64,000 nt of DNA from Archaeoglobales archaeon. Its GTDB lineage: Archaea > Halobacteriota > Archaeoglobi > Archaeoglobales > Archaeoglobaceae. The notes beneath the pieces were generated by a model. That model searched no databases and was not told the origin of the DNA. It worked only from the letters and a program-made list of their open reading frames with translations. Each line of letters starts with the position of its first letter. Position 1 is the stretch's first letter. Of the stretch, positions 18,838 through 28,041 are shown piece after piece. Both the position numbers and the translations under genes were made by a program. The stretch spans positions 12,929 to 76,928 of the forward strand of contig JAAOZI010000015.1 in NCBI GenBank assembly GCA_011605865.1, written 5' to 3'.

Positions 18838-20040
18838 ATGGAAGTTGAAATTGTTAAAGGTTTGAAGTTCCATAAAAAGCAGGATGTTGCGATAGTTGGT
18901 GCAGGAATGACGACTTTCAAGCGAAGATTGCTTGAAACTGGTAAGGAATTATCGTATTTTGCCGTAAAGCAGGCTTTAGAAGAGGCTGGCCTTGATATTA
19001 AGGACATAGAAATGGTCGTAATGGGTTCAGCTCCTGATGCCTTTGATGGGACAGCTCTAAAAGGAGAATATTTGTTGGATGGTGCTGGAGGGAGCGACAG
19101 ACCGTATCTCAGAGTATTTGTAGGCGGAGGAACTGGTGTTTTTGCTCCAATAGCCGGATACTGGCATGTTGCAAGCGGGCTGGCAGATGTTTGCTTGGTA
19201 GTTTGCGAAGAAAAAATGTCCTGCTGTCATCCTCATCCGCAGTCAGCGTTCAAATACATTTGGGATCCAATTCTGGACAGACCGCTGAAGCCGAATCTGA
19301 TTTGGATATTCGCATTGGAAATGCGCAGATACATGCATGTTAACAATATCAGGCATGAGGATATAGCACTTGTTTCCGTTAAGAACAAGGCAAACGCCCT
19401 AGATCATCCATGCGCCCAAGTTGCTGAAAAGATAACAGTAGAAGATGTCCTGAACAGCGAGCCAATGGCCTTGCCAGTGAGGAGACTTGATGTATCCCCT
19501 CCCAGTGATGGGGCAGCGGCTCTGATCATGGTTGCCCCGCACATTGCAAGACAATTGACAGACGAGCCAGTTTGGGTAACCGGAGTTGGCTGGGCCCTAG
19601 ATACCACTCACTGGACTAACAGGGATCTGTACTTCCCAAGATACGTTGCGGAAGCAGCTAAAATGGCATACAGAATGGCCCACATAACAGATCCAAGGAA
19701 GCAGATAGACGTTGCAGAGCCGTATGATCCATTTGATTACAAGGAACTGCACCACATGGAAGGTTTGGGATTGGCTAAAAAGGGAGAGGCTCCAATCCTG
19801 ACAAGGGAGGGAGTAACCGCAAGAGATGGAGATCTACCAGTCTGTCCATCTGGCGGCTTACTGGGAGTTGGAAATCCAATAGCCGCAACAATGGGAGTTA
19901 AGGCATGCGAAATCTACTGGCAACTCGCTTACAGGGCTGGAAAAAGACAAGTTGCAAAGGAAGTTACAACAGGAGTTTGCCAAGCCTGGGGAGACCTGAT
20001 GCAGGTTGGAACTGTAATGGTGATGTCTAACAAGAGGTGA
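18838..20040 (+). CDS. Thiolase-fold protein lacking the nucleophilic Cys (subunit 2)
   Basis: 400 aa. DVAIVGAGMTTF N-terminus. The nucleophile position reads VGGGTG. The His boxes read GVGNPI and CQAW. Confidence 0.75.
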   Translation: MEVEIVKGLKFHKKQDVAIVGAGMTTFKRRLLETGKELSYFAVKQALEEAGLDIKDIEMVVMGSAPDAFDGTALKGEYLLDGAGGSDRPYLRVFVGGGTGVFAPIAGYWHVASGLADVCLVVCEEKMSCCHPHPQSAFKYIWDPILDRPLKPNLIWIFALEMRRYMHVNNIRHEDIALVSVKNKANALDHPCAQVAEKITVEDVLNSEPMALPVRRLDVSPPSDGAAALIMVAPHIARQLTDEPVWVTGVGWALDTTHWTNRDLYFPRYVAEAAKMAYRMAHITDPRKQIDVAEPYDPFDYKELHHMEGLGLAKKGEAPILTREGVTARDGDLPVCPSGGLLGVGNPIAATMGVKACEIYWQLAYRAGKRQVAKEVTTGVCQAWGDLMQVGTVMVMSNKR

Positions 20041-20044
20041 TCCC

Positions 20045-20584
20045 ATGGCTGTTGGAAGAAAAAAGATTTCCTGTCCCCCCTATGCGGAGGGAACTGCATT
20101 AAGCGAGAGGGATATTTCCGAAAGGAGAGTTACAATTTTTGAAGACCATCCGAATCTCGTCTACTCTTGGACTGCCGGACAGGCAATGAGCAGATTCTTG
20201 AACGAGCTCAAAAACGGGAAACTGATAGCAACGAAATGCGAAAAATGCGGAAGAATAATCTTTCCGCCGAGAATATACTGTGAACTGTGTTACAAGCCGA
20301 TAGACGGGTGGGTCTACGTTAAGGATACCGGAACCGTTCAAACGTTCTCAATATCCTACATCGACCCAGATGCAAGACCGCTGGAAAAACCTGTGATCGT
20401 TGCAGTCATTGCTGTAGACGGCGCATCGCCCAACATGGGGATAATGCACATCCTTGGAGAAGTTGAACCTGAAAAAGTCTACATTGGAATGAGAGTTAAG
20501 GCTGTGTGGAAACCAGAAAATGAGAGGGAGGGTGCGATTACAGATATAAAGTACTGGAAACCCTGGAGGGATGAAAATGATTGA
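20045..20584 (+). CDS. DUF35 OB-fold / Zn-ribbon protein (complete CxxC...CxxC)
   Basis: KCEKCGRIIFPPRIYCELC Zn ribbon followed by an OB-fold-like C-terminus. Confidence 0.85.
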   Translation: MAVGRKKISCPPYAEGTALSERDISERRVTIFEDHPNLVYSWTAGQAMSRFLNELKNGKLIATKCEKCGRIIFPPRIYCELCYKPIDGWVYVKDTGTVQTFSISYIDPDARPLEKPVIVAVIAVDGASPNMGIMHILGEVEPEKVYIGMRVKAVWKPENEREGAITDIKYWKPWRDEND

Positions 20585-21035
20585 AAAGATAGTTGATCCC
20601 GAAAAAATGCGCCATTTTCCGCCGAAAGGTGGAAAAATAGAGTTATACTGGGTTTACACAAGTGGCAGAGCGGGAGAAGAATTCTTCAGGAAACTCAGGG
20701 AGGGGAAATTCATTGCTGCAAAGTGCAAAAAATGCGGTCATCGCTATTTCCCTCCAAGAATTTATTGTGAGTTTGACTTTAGCGAAACGGAATTCTATGA
20801 AATCACCGGAGAGGGGTGCGTTGAGGCATTTACTGTAGCGACGCTTGACTTAAACGAAGAACCGATGGAAGAAGTGATTGCAATGATAAAGCTCGACAAT
20901 ACTGATGGGAAGATAATACATGTAATAAAGGATGCAAAGGAAGTTTGCATAGGAATGAAAGTCAGGCCCGTACTTAGAAGACCAGAAGAAATGAAGGGAA
21001 ACATTTCCGACATAGCCTATTACAAGCCCGTTTAA
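20571..21035 (+). CDS. DUF35 OB-fold protein with degenerate Zn ribbon
   Basis: KCKKCGHRYFPPRIYCEFDF: the second Cys pair is reduced to one Cys. There is a 14-nt overlap with the preceding DUF35 gene. Confidence 0.8.
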   Translation: MKMIEKIVDPEKMRHFPPKGGKIELYWVYTSGRAGEEFFRKLREGKFIAAKCKKCGHRYFPPRIYCEFDFSETEFYEITGEGCVEAFTVATLDLNEEPMEEVIAMIKLDNTDGKIIHVIKDAKEVCIGMKVRPVLRRPEEMKGNISDIAYYKPV

Positions 21036-21063
21036 TTTTCTTTATTTTTTGAGGTGAGGTGAA

Positions 21064-22245
21064 ATGAACTTCGAATTTAGTGAGGAGCAAAAGATGATAG
21101 CAGATTCCGCAAGAGAGATTGCCCAGGATTTTCCGCCAGAATATTGGAGGGAAAAGGAGGAAAAAGGTGAGTTCGCCGAGGAGTTCTTTAAAGCCCTAGC
21201 AAAAGCGGGCTTCTTCGGTATTGTCATTCCAGAGCAGTACGGTGGGAGCGGCTATGGCCTAACTGAGCTGCTAATAGCAATGGAGGAATTAGCTGCAAAT
21301 GGTTGTGGAATGGCAGGAGTTTGGTATCTCATGCTCACCGAAGTTTTTGGCGGTTTAAGCATTGCAAGGCATGGAACCGAGGAGCAGAAAGAAAAATACT
21401 TACCAAAAATAGCGAAAGGGGAAATGGAATTTTGCATGGCATTAACTGAACCAGATGCTGGAACAAACACGCTTGCGATAAAAACGAGGGCCGTTAAGGA
21501 AGGGGACGAATGGGTCATAAATGGAAATAAGATATGGATAAGCGGTGCTGATAGAGCTAAAGGAATGCTGATAGTTGCAAGAACGACTCCGCTAGAAAAA
21601 GCGCCGAAAAAGACTTTTGGTCTGAGTTTATTCCTAGCAGATTTGCCAAATAAGGCAATAAAGGTTAATCCAATTCCAAAACATGCAATAAACTATTCAA
21701 AGAGTTGCGAAGTGAGTTTCAATGACCTTCGCCTTCCAGAAAATGCCCTGATACCCCCTCAGGATGAGGGATGGTATCTCATCCTCGATACCCTAAATCC
21801 CGAAAGAATGGGCTTTGCCACTGCTGCAATTGGAATAAGCAGACTTGCAATAAGCAAGGCGGTAGATTACTCGAAAAAGAGAAGGGTTTTTGCAGATCCA
21901 ATAGGCAGCTATCAGGGGCTTCAGTTCCCGTTGGCAGAGGCATACGCAAACATCGAATGTGCAAAGCTTATGAACTTCAAAGCAGCTTGGCTTTACGATA
22001 GAAAAGCAGATTACAGAGAAGTTGGAAAGTACGCAAATATGGCCAAGGTTGTGGCCGTCGAAGCTGGTATCAAGGCCGTTTACTGGTCAATGCAAGTTTT
22101 TGGCGGCTACGGATATGCAAAGGAATACGATGTTGAAAGATGGTGGAGGGAGATCAATCTAATTCGTCTCGCCCCAGTAACTCAGCAGATGGCATTGAAT
22201 TACATCGCCGAACACGTTTTGGGTATGCCCAAGAGCTACAGATAG
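21064..22245 (+). CDS. Acyl-CoA dehydrogenase
   Basis: 393 aa with ALTEPDAGTN, a typical ACAD N/M/C domain layout and a C-terminal YEG-like QVFGGYGY segment. Confidence 0.9.
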   Translation: MNFEFSEEQKMIADSAREIAQDFPPEYWREKEEKGEFAEEFFKALAKAGFFGIVIPEQYGGSGYGLTELLIAMEELAANGCGMAGVWYLMLTEVFGGLSIARHGTEEQKEKYLPKIAKGEMEFCMALTEPDAGTNTLAIKTRAVKEGDEWVINGNKIWISGADRAKGMLIVARTTPLEKAPKKTFGLSLFLADLPNKAIKVNPIPKHAINYSKSCEVSFNDLRLPENALIPPQDEGWYLILDTLNPERMGFATAAIGISRLAISKAVDYSKKRRVFADPIGSYQGLQFPLAEAYANIECAKLMNFKAAWLYDRKADYREVGKYANMAKVVAVEAGIKAVYWSMQVFGGYGYAKEYDVERWWREINLIRLAPVTQQMALNYIAEHVLGMPKSYR

Positions 22246-22269
22246 AATTCTAGTTTGGATGGGAAAAAT

Positions 22270-23043
22270 ATGGCTGTCGAAATTAAAAAAGAAGATGGAA
22301 TACTTTGGGTAAAGTTCAACCGTCCAGAAGCGCTTAACGCTATAAACGAGGACTTTATCGCAGGTCTAAAAAAGGCCGTAGAAATTGCAAGAGAGGACAA
22401 GGAAATCAGAGTAATGGTTTTAGTTGGAGAAGGCAGGGCTTTTTGTGCTGGAGCTGACATAAAGATGTTTTCGAGAATCGATGCATTTAGGGCAAGAGAG
22501 ATAATTGAGGATCTGGGAAAAGTCCTTGAGAACCTAGAGGACTTAGAAGTACCTGTTATCGCTGCTGTCAACGGTTTGGCATTGGGAGGCGGTTGCGAAA
22601 TTGCAATGGCATGCGATATAATAATTGCGAGCGAAAGAGCATCATTTGGACAACCAGAAATAAATCTAGGCATAATTCCCGGGGCCGGGGGAACGCAGAG
22701 GCTTGCCAGAATTGTCGGCTGGAAGAAGGCGATGGAACTTTGTCTGACCGGGGAAAGAATAGATGCAAAAACTGCTGAAAGACTTGGACTGGTAAACAAA
22801 GTTGTAGAGCATGATAAACTAATTGAGGAAGTAAAAGCTTTTGCGGAGAAGCTTAAGAAAAAGTCACCAACAGCTTTAATGCTTGTAAAACAGGCTGTAA
22901 ATAGGGGATTCAAGAAGGGATTAGGAGAGGGAATAGAATACGAGAGAGACCTGTTTACAATTTCTTTTGCGAGCAGGGATGCTGAAGAAGGTATAAAATC
23001 CTTTATTGAAAAGAAGGAGCCAAAATTTGGCAGTAGAGTATGA
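22270..23043 (+). CDS. Enoyl-CoA hydratase (crotonase)
   Basis: GEGRAFCAGADI and AAVNGLALGGGCEIAMACD motifs. I prefer the ATG at 22270 over the TTG at 22255. Confidence 0.9.
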   Translation: MAVEIKKEDGILWVKFNRPEALNAINEDFIAGLKKAVEIAREDKEIRVMVLVGEGRAFCAGADIKMFSRIDAFRAREIIEDLGKVLENLEDLEVPVIAAVNGLALGGGCEIAMACDIIIASERASFGQPEINLGIIPGAGGTQRLARIVGWKKAMELCLTGERIDAKTAERLGLVNKVVEHDKLIEEVKAFAEKLKKKSPTALMLVKQAVNRGFKKGLGEGIEYERDLFTISFASRDAEEGIKSFIEKKEPKFGSRV

Positions 23044-23048
23044 GGCAG

Positions 23049-23063
23049 TTTTTTTTGCTTTTT
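23049..23063 (+). terminator. Oligo-T terminator after the acyl-CoA operon
   Basis: A T8 run followed by gc and T5 lies immediately after the stop at 23043. Confidence 0.45.
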
Positions 23064-23279
23064 CTAACAATTTGGTGTTACCCTTTTCTTGGCTGCACAG
23101 CTAAAGAAAAGAGGGAAATAAAAATAGAGTTCTAATCCAAAAACAGTTCTCGTCAGCTGGAGTTGTAATAGAAAACATGCGAAGGAAATTTTCGGAGTAA
23201 ACGTTAAGATGCAATAGCCAGCTGCAGGGATAAGGCAGAAAAGAGAAATTTTTTAAGGTATTCTGGAACATCAAAAAAT

Positions 23280-23909
23280 ATGATCAAAATTATAGGGGAG
23301 CCGCTAGAGATCGCAAAAGAGAGGGAGATTACATTCATTATAAACGGGACTCCCAACGAGTTAGCATGCACACCGAACATGCTAAGAGAGCTTGCTTTGG
23401 GTTTCATAATCTCGGAGGGGATAGCGGACAGCATTGAAAAAGTCGATGTAAAAATCCTTGAAAATGCGGTGATAGTAAACGTCAATCAGACTAATCAGAA
23501 TAAAATTGACTCCAAAAAAATCGAAAATGCGGTTAAATTCAAGCTTGAAGATTTGCGGCGGAGTCTCTCTCTTCTCGAGATAGAGGAATACAGGAGAACT
23601 CGAGGATACCACGTGGCAGTGATAGTAGGAAGGGAGAAGTTTTTCAGAGCTTATGACGTTGGAAGGCACAATGCTGTCGACAAAGCAATTGGCTCCGCTT
23701 TGCTGAATGGAGAGAACTTGGGAAATTCCTATCTCCTTCTCTCAGGCAGAATTTCTCTTGGAATTGCAAAAAAGTGTTTCAATTCAGGAATACCTCTCGT
23801 AGTTTCAAAAGCTGCTATATTTGATTCAGCAATTGAATTCTGCAAAAAAACGGGTCTTTCAGCTGTTTCATTTGCGACGAATATTGCAATCGGCGATGCA
23901 ATCGAATAG
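23280..23909 (+). CDS. FdhD/NarQ-family protein (short form without the Cys-loop)
   Basis: DVGRHNAVDKAIG and SGRISLGIAKKCFNSGIPLVVSKAA are FdhD hallmarks. No CGxCG-type cysteine pair was seen. Confidence 0.7.
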   Translation: MIKIIGEPLEIAKEREITFIINGTPNELACTPNMLRELALGFIISEGIADSIEKVDVKILENAVIVNVNQTNQNKIDSKKIENAVKFKLEDLRRSLSLLEIEEYRRTRGYHVAVIVGREKFFRAYDVGRHNAVDKAIGSALLNGENLGNSYLLLSGRISLGIAKKCFNSGIPLVVSKAAIFDSAIEFCKKTGLSAVSFATNIAIGDAIE

Positions 23910-23938
23910 TTTTTAAAATCAGGTATCCAAGCATCTGC

Positions 23939-24844
23939 ATGCTTGTCAAGGTTTACTTTCCTGATGGTCACCTTGAAAAACCGATTTGGGAGGCGCTCCA
24001 GACAGCCGGTTACAGGCTTGGAAAAAGTGAAAGAGGCTATCTTATCGATGTAGACCACCCAAAACTAATTTTTAAGCAAGTTCGACCGCAGATAATGCCA
24101 CTATACATCGAACTCGGGAAAGGAGACGCCGGAATAACAGGAGGAGATATACTCGAAAACTGGAAGCTGAAGATGAGTCTCAGCAACGTAGTAGTTATAG
24201 ATTACCTGCCGCTTAGACCCACAAAACTCGTTGCAGCAATTTCTGAAGAAGTCTATCCGAATGTAAAAAGTGTGGATGATTTCAAGGAGATAGTGGGAAA
24301 CAGAACTGTATATATTGCTTCTGAATTTCCGGAAATCGCGAAGAAATATGCCGAAAAACACGGACTGAACGCTGTTGTTTTTGATCCTATAGGAAAAACA
24401 GAGGCTTCAATTCTTCCTCCTCTTCCCGAGGCTGATCTGATAATAGAGGTTACAGAATTCGGAACTACGCTCAAAGAAAACAGATGCAGGATAATAGATG
24501 TTCTCATGGAAGTTCACTCCGTTTTTATTGCCAACAAAAGTTCTTTGCAGGATAGGGAAAAGAGAGAAGTTTTAGAGAACCTGCTAACGGATATAAAAGA
24601 GGTAATAAACTCCAGAAACCTTGTAAGCTTATACTTTAACGTTCCGAGGGAGCAAGATTTAAGGAAAATAGTGGACTACCTAACAAACGAGGGTTTCGAT
24701 CCAACCATTTCCCCCCTTGCAAAGGGGGCTGCAGCTGTGCACATAGTTGTAGATAGGGCTAGAGTCAAATTTTTAAAACCGGTCCTGAGGGCAATGGGAG
24801 CAAAAAGGATTGGAACTAGCCCAGTAATAACGTTTGGAGATTGA
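23939..24844 (+). CDS. hisG: ATP phosphoribosyltransferase, long form
   Basis: 301 aa. The catalytic-domain segment EADLIIEVTEFGTTLKEN is followed by a HisG_C-like regulatory domain. Confidence 0.8.
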   Translation: MLVKVYFPDGHLEKPIWEALQTAGYRLGKSERGYLIDVDHPKLIFKQVRPQIMPLYIELGKGDAGITGGDILENWKLKMSLSNVVVIDYLPLRPTKLVAAISEEVYPNVKSVDDFKEIVGNRTVYIASEFPEIAKKYAEKHGLNAVVFDPIGKTEASILPPLPEADLIIEVTEFGTTLKENRCRIIDVLMEVHSVFIANKSSLQDREKREVLENLLTDIKEVINSRNLVSLYFNVPREQDLRKIVDYLTNEGFDPTISPLAKGAAAVHIVVDRARVKFLKPVLRAMGAKRIGTSPVITFGD

Positions 24845-24845
24845 A

Positions 24846-25166
24846 ATGGAGGAAATAATAGAGATTTTGAGACAATTTAGAGACAAAAGAGATTGGAAAA
24901 AGTACCACAGTCCAAAAAATCTTGCAGTATCGATGGCAATAGAGGTCTCCGAGTTGATGGAGATTTTTCAGTGGACAAGAAGCCTTGAGGAGGAAATGGG
25001 ACTCCTAAAAGATAAAAGGGATGAAATAGCCGAAGAACTCGCAGATGTGATGATATATCTGCTTTTCTTCTGCGACGTTGCAGGAATCGACATACTAAAA
25101 GCAGTGAAGAATAAGATGGCTAAAAACGAGGAAAGATTCAAAATCGAGTCCGAGCAAAAATCTTAA
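24846..25166 (+). CDS. MazG/RS21-C6-like all-alpha NTP pyrophosphohydrolase
   Basis: FRDKRDWKKYHSPKNLAVSMAIEVSELMEIFQW and EELADVMIYLL motifs. The ATG lies 1 nt after the hisG stop. Confidence 0.8.
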   Translation: MEEIIEILRQFRDKRDWKKYHSPKNLAVSMAIEVSELMEIFQWTRSLEEEMGLLKDKRDEIAEELADVMIYLLFFCDVAGIDILKAVKNKMAKNEERFKIESEQKS

Positions 25167-25188
25167 CTACAAGGCAAAATCTTAATCC

Positions 25189-26061
25189 ATGCAAAACGTT
25201 GAGATCCTTGTTGAAGCTCTGCCGTTCATCAAAGAATTTCACGGAACAACAATGGTAATAAAAATTGGCGGACACGCAATGGTGAGCGATGAAGTTCTTG
25301 AAGAGACAGTTAAAGACATAATCTTGTTACACTATATCGGCATTAAGCCTGTAGTTGTTCATGGGGGCGGGCCAGAGATTTCAGAAAAGATGGAGAAACT
25401 TGGTCTGAAACCTAGGTTTGTTGAGGGGCTGAGAGTTACGGACAAGGAGACAATGGAAGTTGTGGAAATGGTTTTGGATGGAAAGATAAATTCCAAAATC
25501 GTTTCAATGTTTATAAAGAATGGTGGGAAAGCAGTTGGGCTCAGTGGAAAAGATGGTCTCCTTATAGTTGCCGAAAAGAAAATGATGAAACTGAAAAAGG
25601 GTTTTGAAGAAGTTATGATCGATTTAGGGTTTGTAGGAGAAACTAAATTCGTAAATCCAACAATACTTCGAATACTGCTCGATAGTGGATTTATTCCAGT
25701 GGTTTCCCCGGTTTCAGCGGACTTAAACGGAAACATATACAACCTGAATGCCGATAGCGTTGCTGGCGATATAGCGAGCGCCCTGAAAGCGAAAAAGCTT
25801 ATAATGCTCACAGACGTTCCGGGAATTCTAAAAGATGTAAACGATAAGAATTCTCTGATTTCCAGGATAAAGCTTTCTGAACTGAAAGAAATGCATGAAA
25901 AAGGTTTACTGAAGGGAGGAATGCTTCCAAAATTCGAAGCCATTGCAAAAGCGCTTGAGGGAGGTGTGGAGAGAGTCCACATCATCGATGGTTCAAAAAG
26001 GCATGCGATACTTCTTGAGCTCTTCACAAAAGAGGGGATCGGAACAATGGTGGAGCCATGA
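25189..26061 (+). CDS. argB: Acetylglutamate kinase
   Basis: MVIKIGGHAM, VVHGGGP and NLNADSVAGDIA motifs of the AAK family (ArgB). Confidence 0.9.
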   Translation: MQNVEILVEALPFIKEFHGTTMVIKIGGHAMVSDEVLEETVKDIILLHYIGIKPVVVHGGGPEISEKMEKLGLKPRFVEGLRVTDKETMEVVEMVLDGKINSKIVSMFIKNGGKAVGLSGKDGLLIVAEKKMMKLKKGFEEVMIDLGFVGETKFVNPTILRILLDSGFIPVVSPVSADLNGNIYNLNADSVAGDIASALKAKKLIMLTDVPGILKDVNDKNSLISRIKLSELKEMHEKGLLKGGMLPKFEAIAKALEGGVERVHIIDGSKRHAILLELFTKEGIGTMVEP

Positions 26062-26834
26062 AGATAGGCGCACAGCCAGACGTTCGTCACAATGTTAGGG
26101 AGGCCTTTGATTTCATAACGGATAACGGATTCAATCATATTGAAATCCTGATGGATCATCCACTTTTCAGCCTCGAATCTCTCAGCCACTGCGAGCTGAT
26201 AGAGCTAATATGGAGCTACGACGTTGAGCTCCTAATACACGCACCAGCAGCGAGTACAAACTTCATCTCGATCAGCGAAAGCATGAGAAGAGCGAGCTAT
26301 GAGGAAATGGAGAAAGTTATAAACTTGGCCGACAAAGCTGGAGCTAAGTTGATAACATTTCATATTGGCTGGAATCCCGGCTTCATGAACAATGGTAATT
26401 TTTATTTCGATCCGAAGCTCTACGAGAGACACTGCGAAAGAGTAATAAGAGAGGAACTGGGGCCTTTTATCGAAAAAAGTCCCGTTACCCTGGCTCTCGA
26501 AAATACCATAGCAATAGAGGGGGAAATTGAAAAAGCTCTGTCGAAAATTCTAGATGAAACTAGCCTAGCCCTAACTCTCGATATTGGTCATTACAACATC
26601 CAGAGAAACAATTTTTTCATTAAAAACTTTGACAGGGTCGCTAACGTTCACGTTCACGACAACAATGGGAAAAAAGATGAGCATCTTTCCTTAGGTAAGG
26701 GAAGCGTGGATCTCAAGATTTTTCCGTTCAATAAATTCAAAGGTTACTTCACAATCGAGACAAGAGAAGCGGCTTCGATAATCGAGACAAGAGATTATTT
26801 AATCCGCTACCTTAACGAGTCTTATGATCGCTAA
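26058..26834 (+). CDS. Xylose-isomerase-like TIM-barrel protein (sugar-phosphate isomerase/epimerase family)
   Basis: 258 aa with an alternating beta/alpha pattern, conserved H/D/E positions (ITFHIG, LALEN, DIGH, HVHDN), and an ATGA overlap with argB. Confidence 0.7.
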   Translation: MKIGAQPDVRHNVREAFDFITDNGFNHIEILMDHPLFSLESLSHCELIELIWSYDVELLIHAPAASTNFISISESMRRASYEEMEKVINLADKAGAKLITFHIGWNPGFMNNGNFYFDPKLYERHCERVIREELGPFIEKSPVTLALENTIAIEGEIEKALSKILDETSLALTLDIGHYNIQRNNFFIKNFDRVANVHVHDNNGKKDEHLSLGKGSVDLKIFPFNKFKGYFTIETREAASIIETRDYLIRYLNESYDR

Positions 26835-28041
26835 AGAGATCGAATTTGAGGGCCATCTTATAGACTCAATGATCTTCCCAAAGGTTCTGGACTTGATCCT
26901 GGATCTCGATGGAGAATTTGAGATACTGGAATTCAGAATAGGAAAGAGGAAAGAGGACTACAGCTACGCCAGAATGATTGTTTTCGGTGAAAATGAGGAT
27001 CACTTGAACCTCATCCTGAAAGAATTGCACAAAATGGGAGCGAGAATCCCCGAAGCGGAAGAGGTCGAACTTCAGCCAGCTCCGGCAGACAGAATTCTGC
27101 CAGAGAATTTCTACGTTACTACGAACCACAGAACCTTTGTCTGCTATAAAGGGAGATGGCTGGAAGTAGAAGGAATTGCGATGGACAGAGTAATCACGAT
27201 AAGAGATAACAGGGCAATCTGTCTTTCGATAAACGAGGTCAAGAAAGGCGATTTAGTCGTTATCGGGGAAAAAGGTGTTAGAATAATCCCGCCTGAAAGA
27301 CCAAGAAAATCAACCTACTTTGAATTCATGGGTGGCAGAGTTTCATCAGAAAGACCCACGGAGAAGATGATAGAGATGATTGCGAAGGAAATTGTAGATT
27401 TAAAGAGAGCTGGTGGTAAAATAGCCGTCGTTGCAGGACCGGCGGTTAACCATACAGCCGCAAGAGACGCGCTTGCAGGAATGATACGGGATGGCTTTGT
27501 AGACCTTCTTCTATCCGGAAATGCATTGGCCGTTCACGATATCGAAATTGCCCTATACGGGACCTCACTCGGTATGGATATAAGAACTGGAAGGCCTGTA
27601 CCGGGCGGTAATAGGCATCATTTGTATACAATAAACAAGATAATGTCAGTAGGAGGAATAAGGAAGGCAGTAGAAATGGGAATCGTGAGAGAGGGGATTA
27701 TGTACGAGTGCATTCGCAAAGGAGTTCCCTTCATCCTTGCCGGATCGATTAGGGATGACGGCCCGTTGCCAGAGGTTATAACAGATGTAATGGTTGCAAA
27801 GACGGAGATGAAAAAGGCCTTGCAAGGAATAGATATGGTACTGATGCTGGCAACGATGCTGCATAGCATTGCAGTGGGCAATCTTCTGCCTTCCTGGGTG
27901 AAAACAATCTGCGTGGATACAAATCCGGCCACTGTGATGAAGCTCATGGATCGTGGGACACACCAAGCAATCGGAATTGTTACAGATGTCGGTCTTTTCT
28001 TGCCAATGCTTTACGAGAAGCTAAAAGCCTTTTCCAGTTGA
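26824..28041 (+). CDS. LOR/SDH-like (TIGR00300-type) protein, possible ornithine cyclodeaminase-type enzyme
   Basis: 405 aa. The N-terminus IEFEGHLIDSMIFPKVLDLILD and a Rossmann-like C-terminal half are typical of the archaeal LOR/SDH conserved-region family. Confidence 0.6.
   Translation: MIAKEIEFEGHLIDSMIFPKVLDLILDLDGEFEILEFRIGKRKEDYSYARMIVFGENEDHLNLILKELHKMGARIPEAEEVELQPAPADRILPENFYVTTNHRTFVCYKGRWLEVEGIAMDRVITIRDNRAICLSINEVKKGDLVVIGEKGVRIIPPERPRKSTYFEFMGGRVSSERPTEKMIEMIAKEIVDLKRAGGKIAVVAGPAVNHTAARDALAGMIRDGFVDLLLSGNALAVHDIEIALYGTSLGMDIRTGRPVPGGNRHHLYTINKIMSVGGIRKAVEMGIVREGIMYECIRKGVPFILAGSIRDDGPLPEVITDVMVAKTEMKKALQGIDMVLMLATMLHSIAVGNLLPSWVKTICVDTNPATVMKLMDRGTHQAIGIVTDVGLFLPMLYEKLKAFSS

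Noticed and set aside
22236-22913. 225-aa ORF antisense to the crotonase gene
   Set aside because: The composition is low-complexity and Ser/Ala/Ile-rich with no motif. It fully overlaps a well-supported CDS on the other strand, so it is a typical open antisense frame of a purine-rich coding strand.
25359-26189. 276-aa ORF antisense to argB
   Set aside because: Same reasoning. It is Ser/Phe/Ile-rich, has no recognisable domain, and overlaps argB and the start of the next gene.
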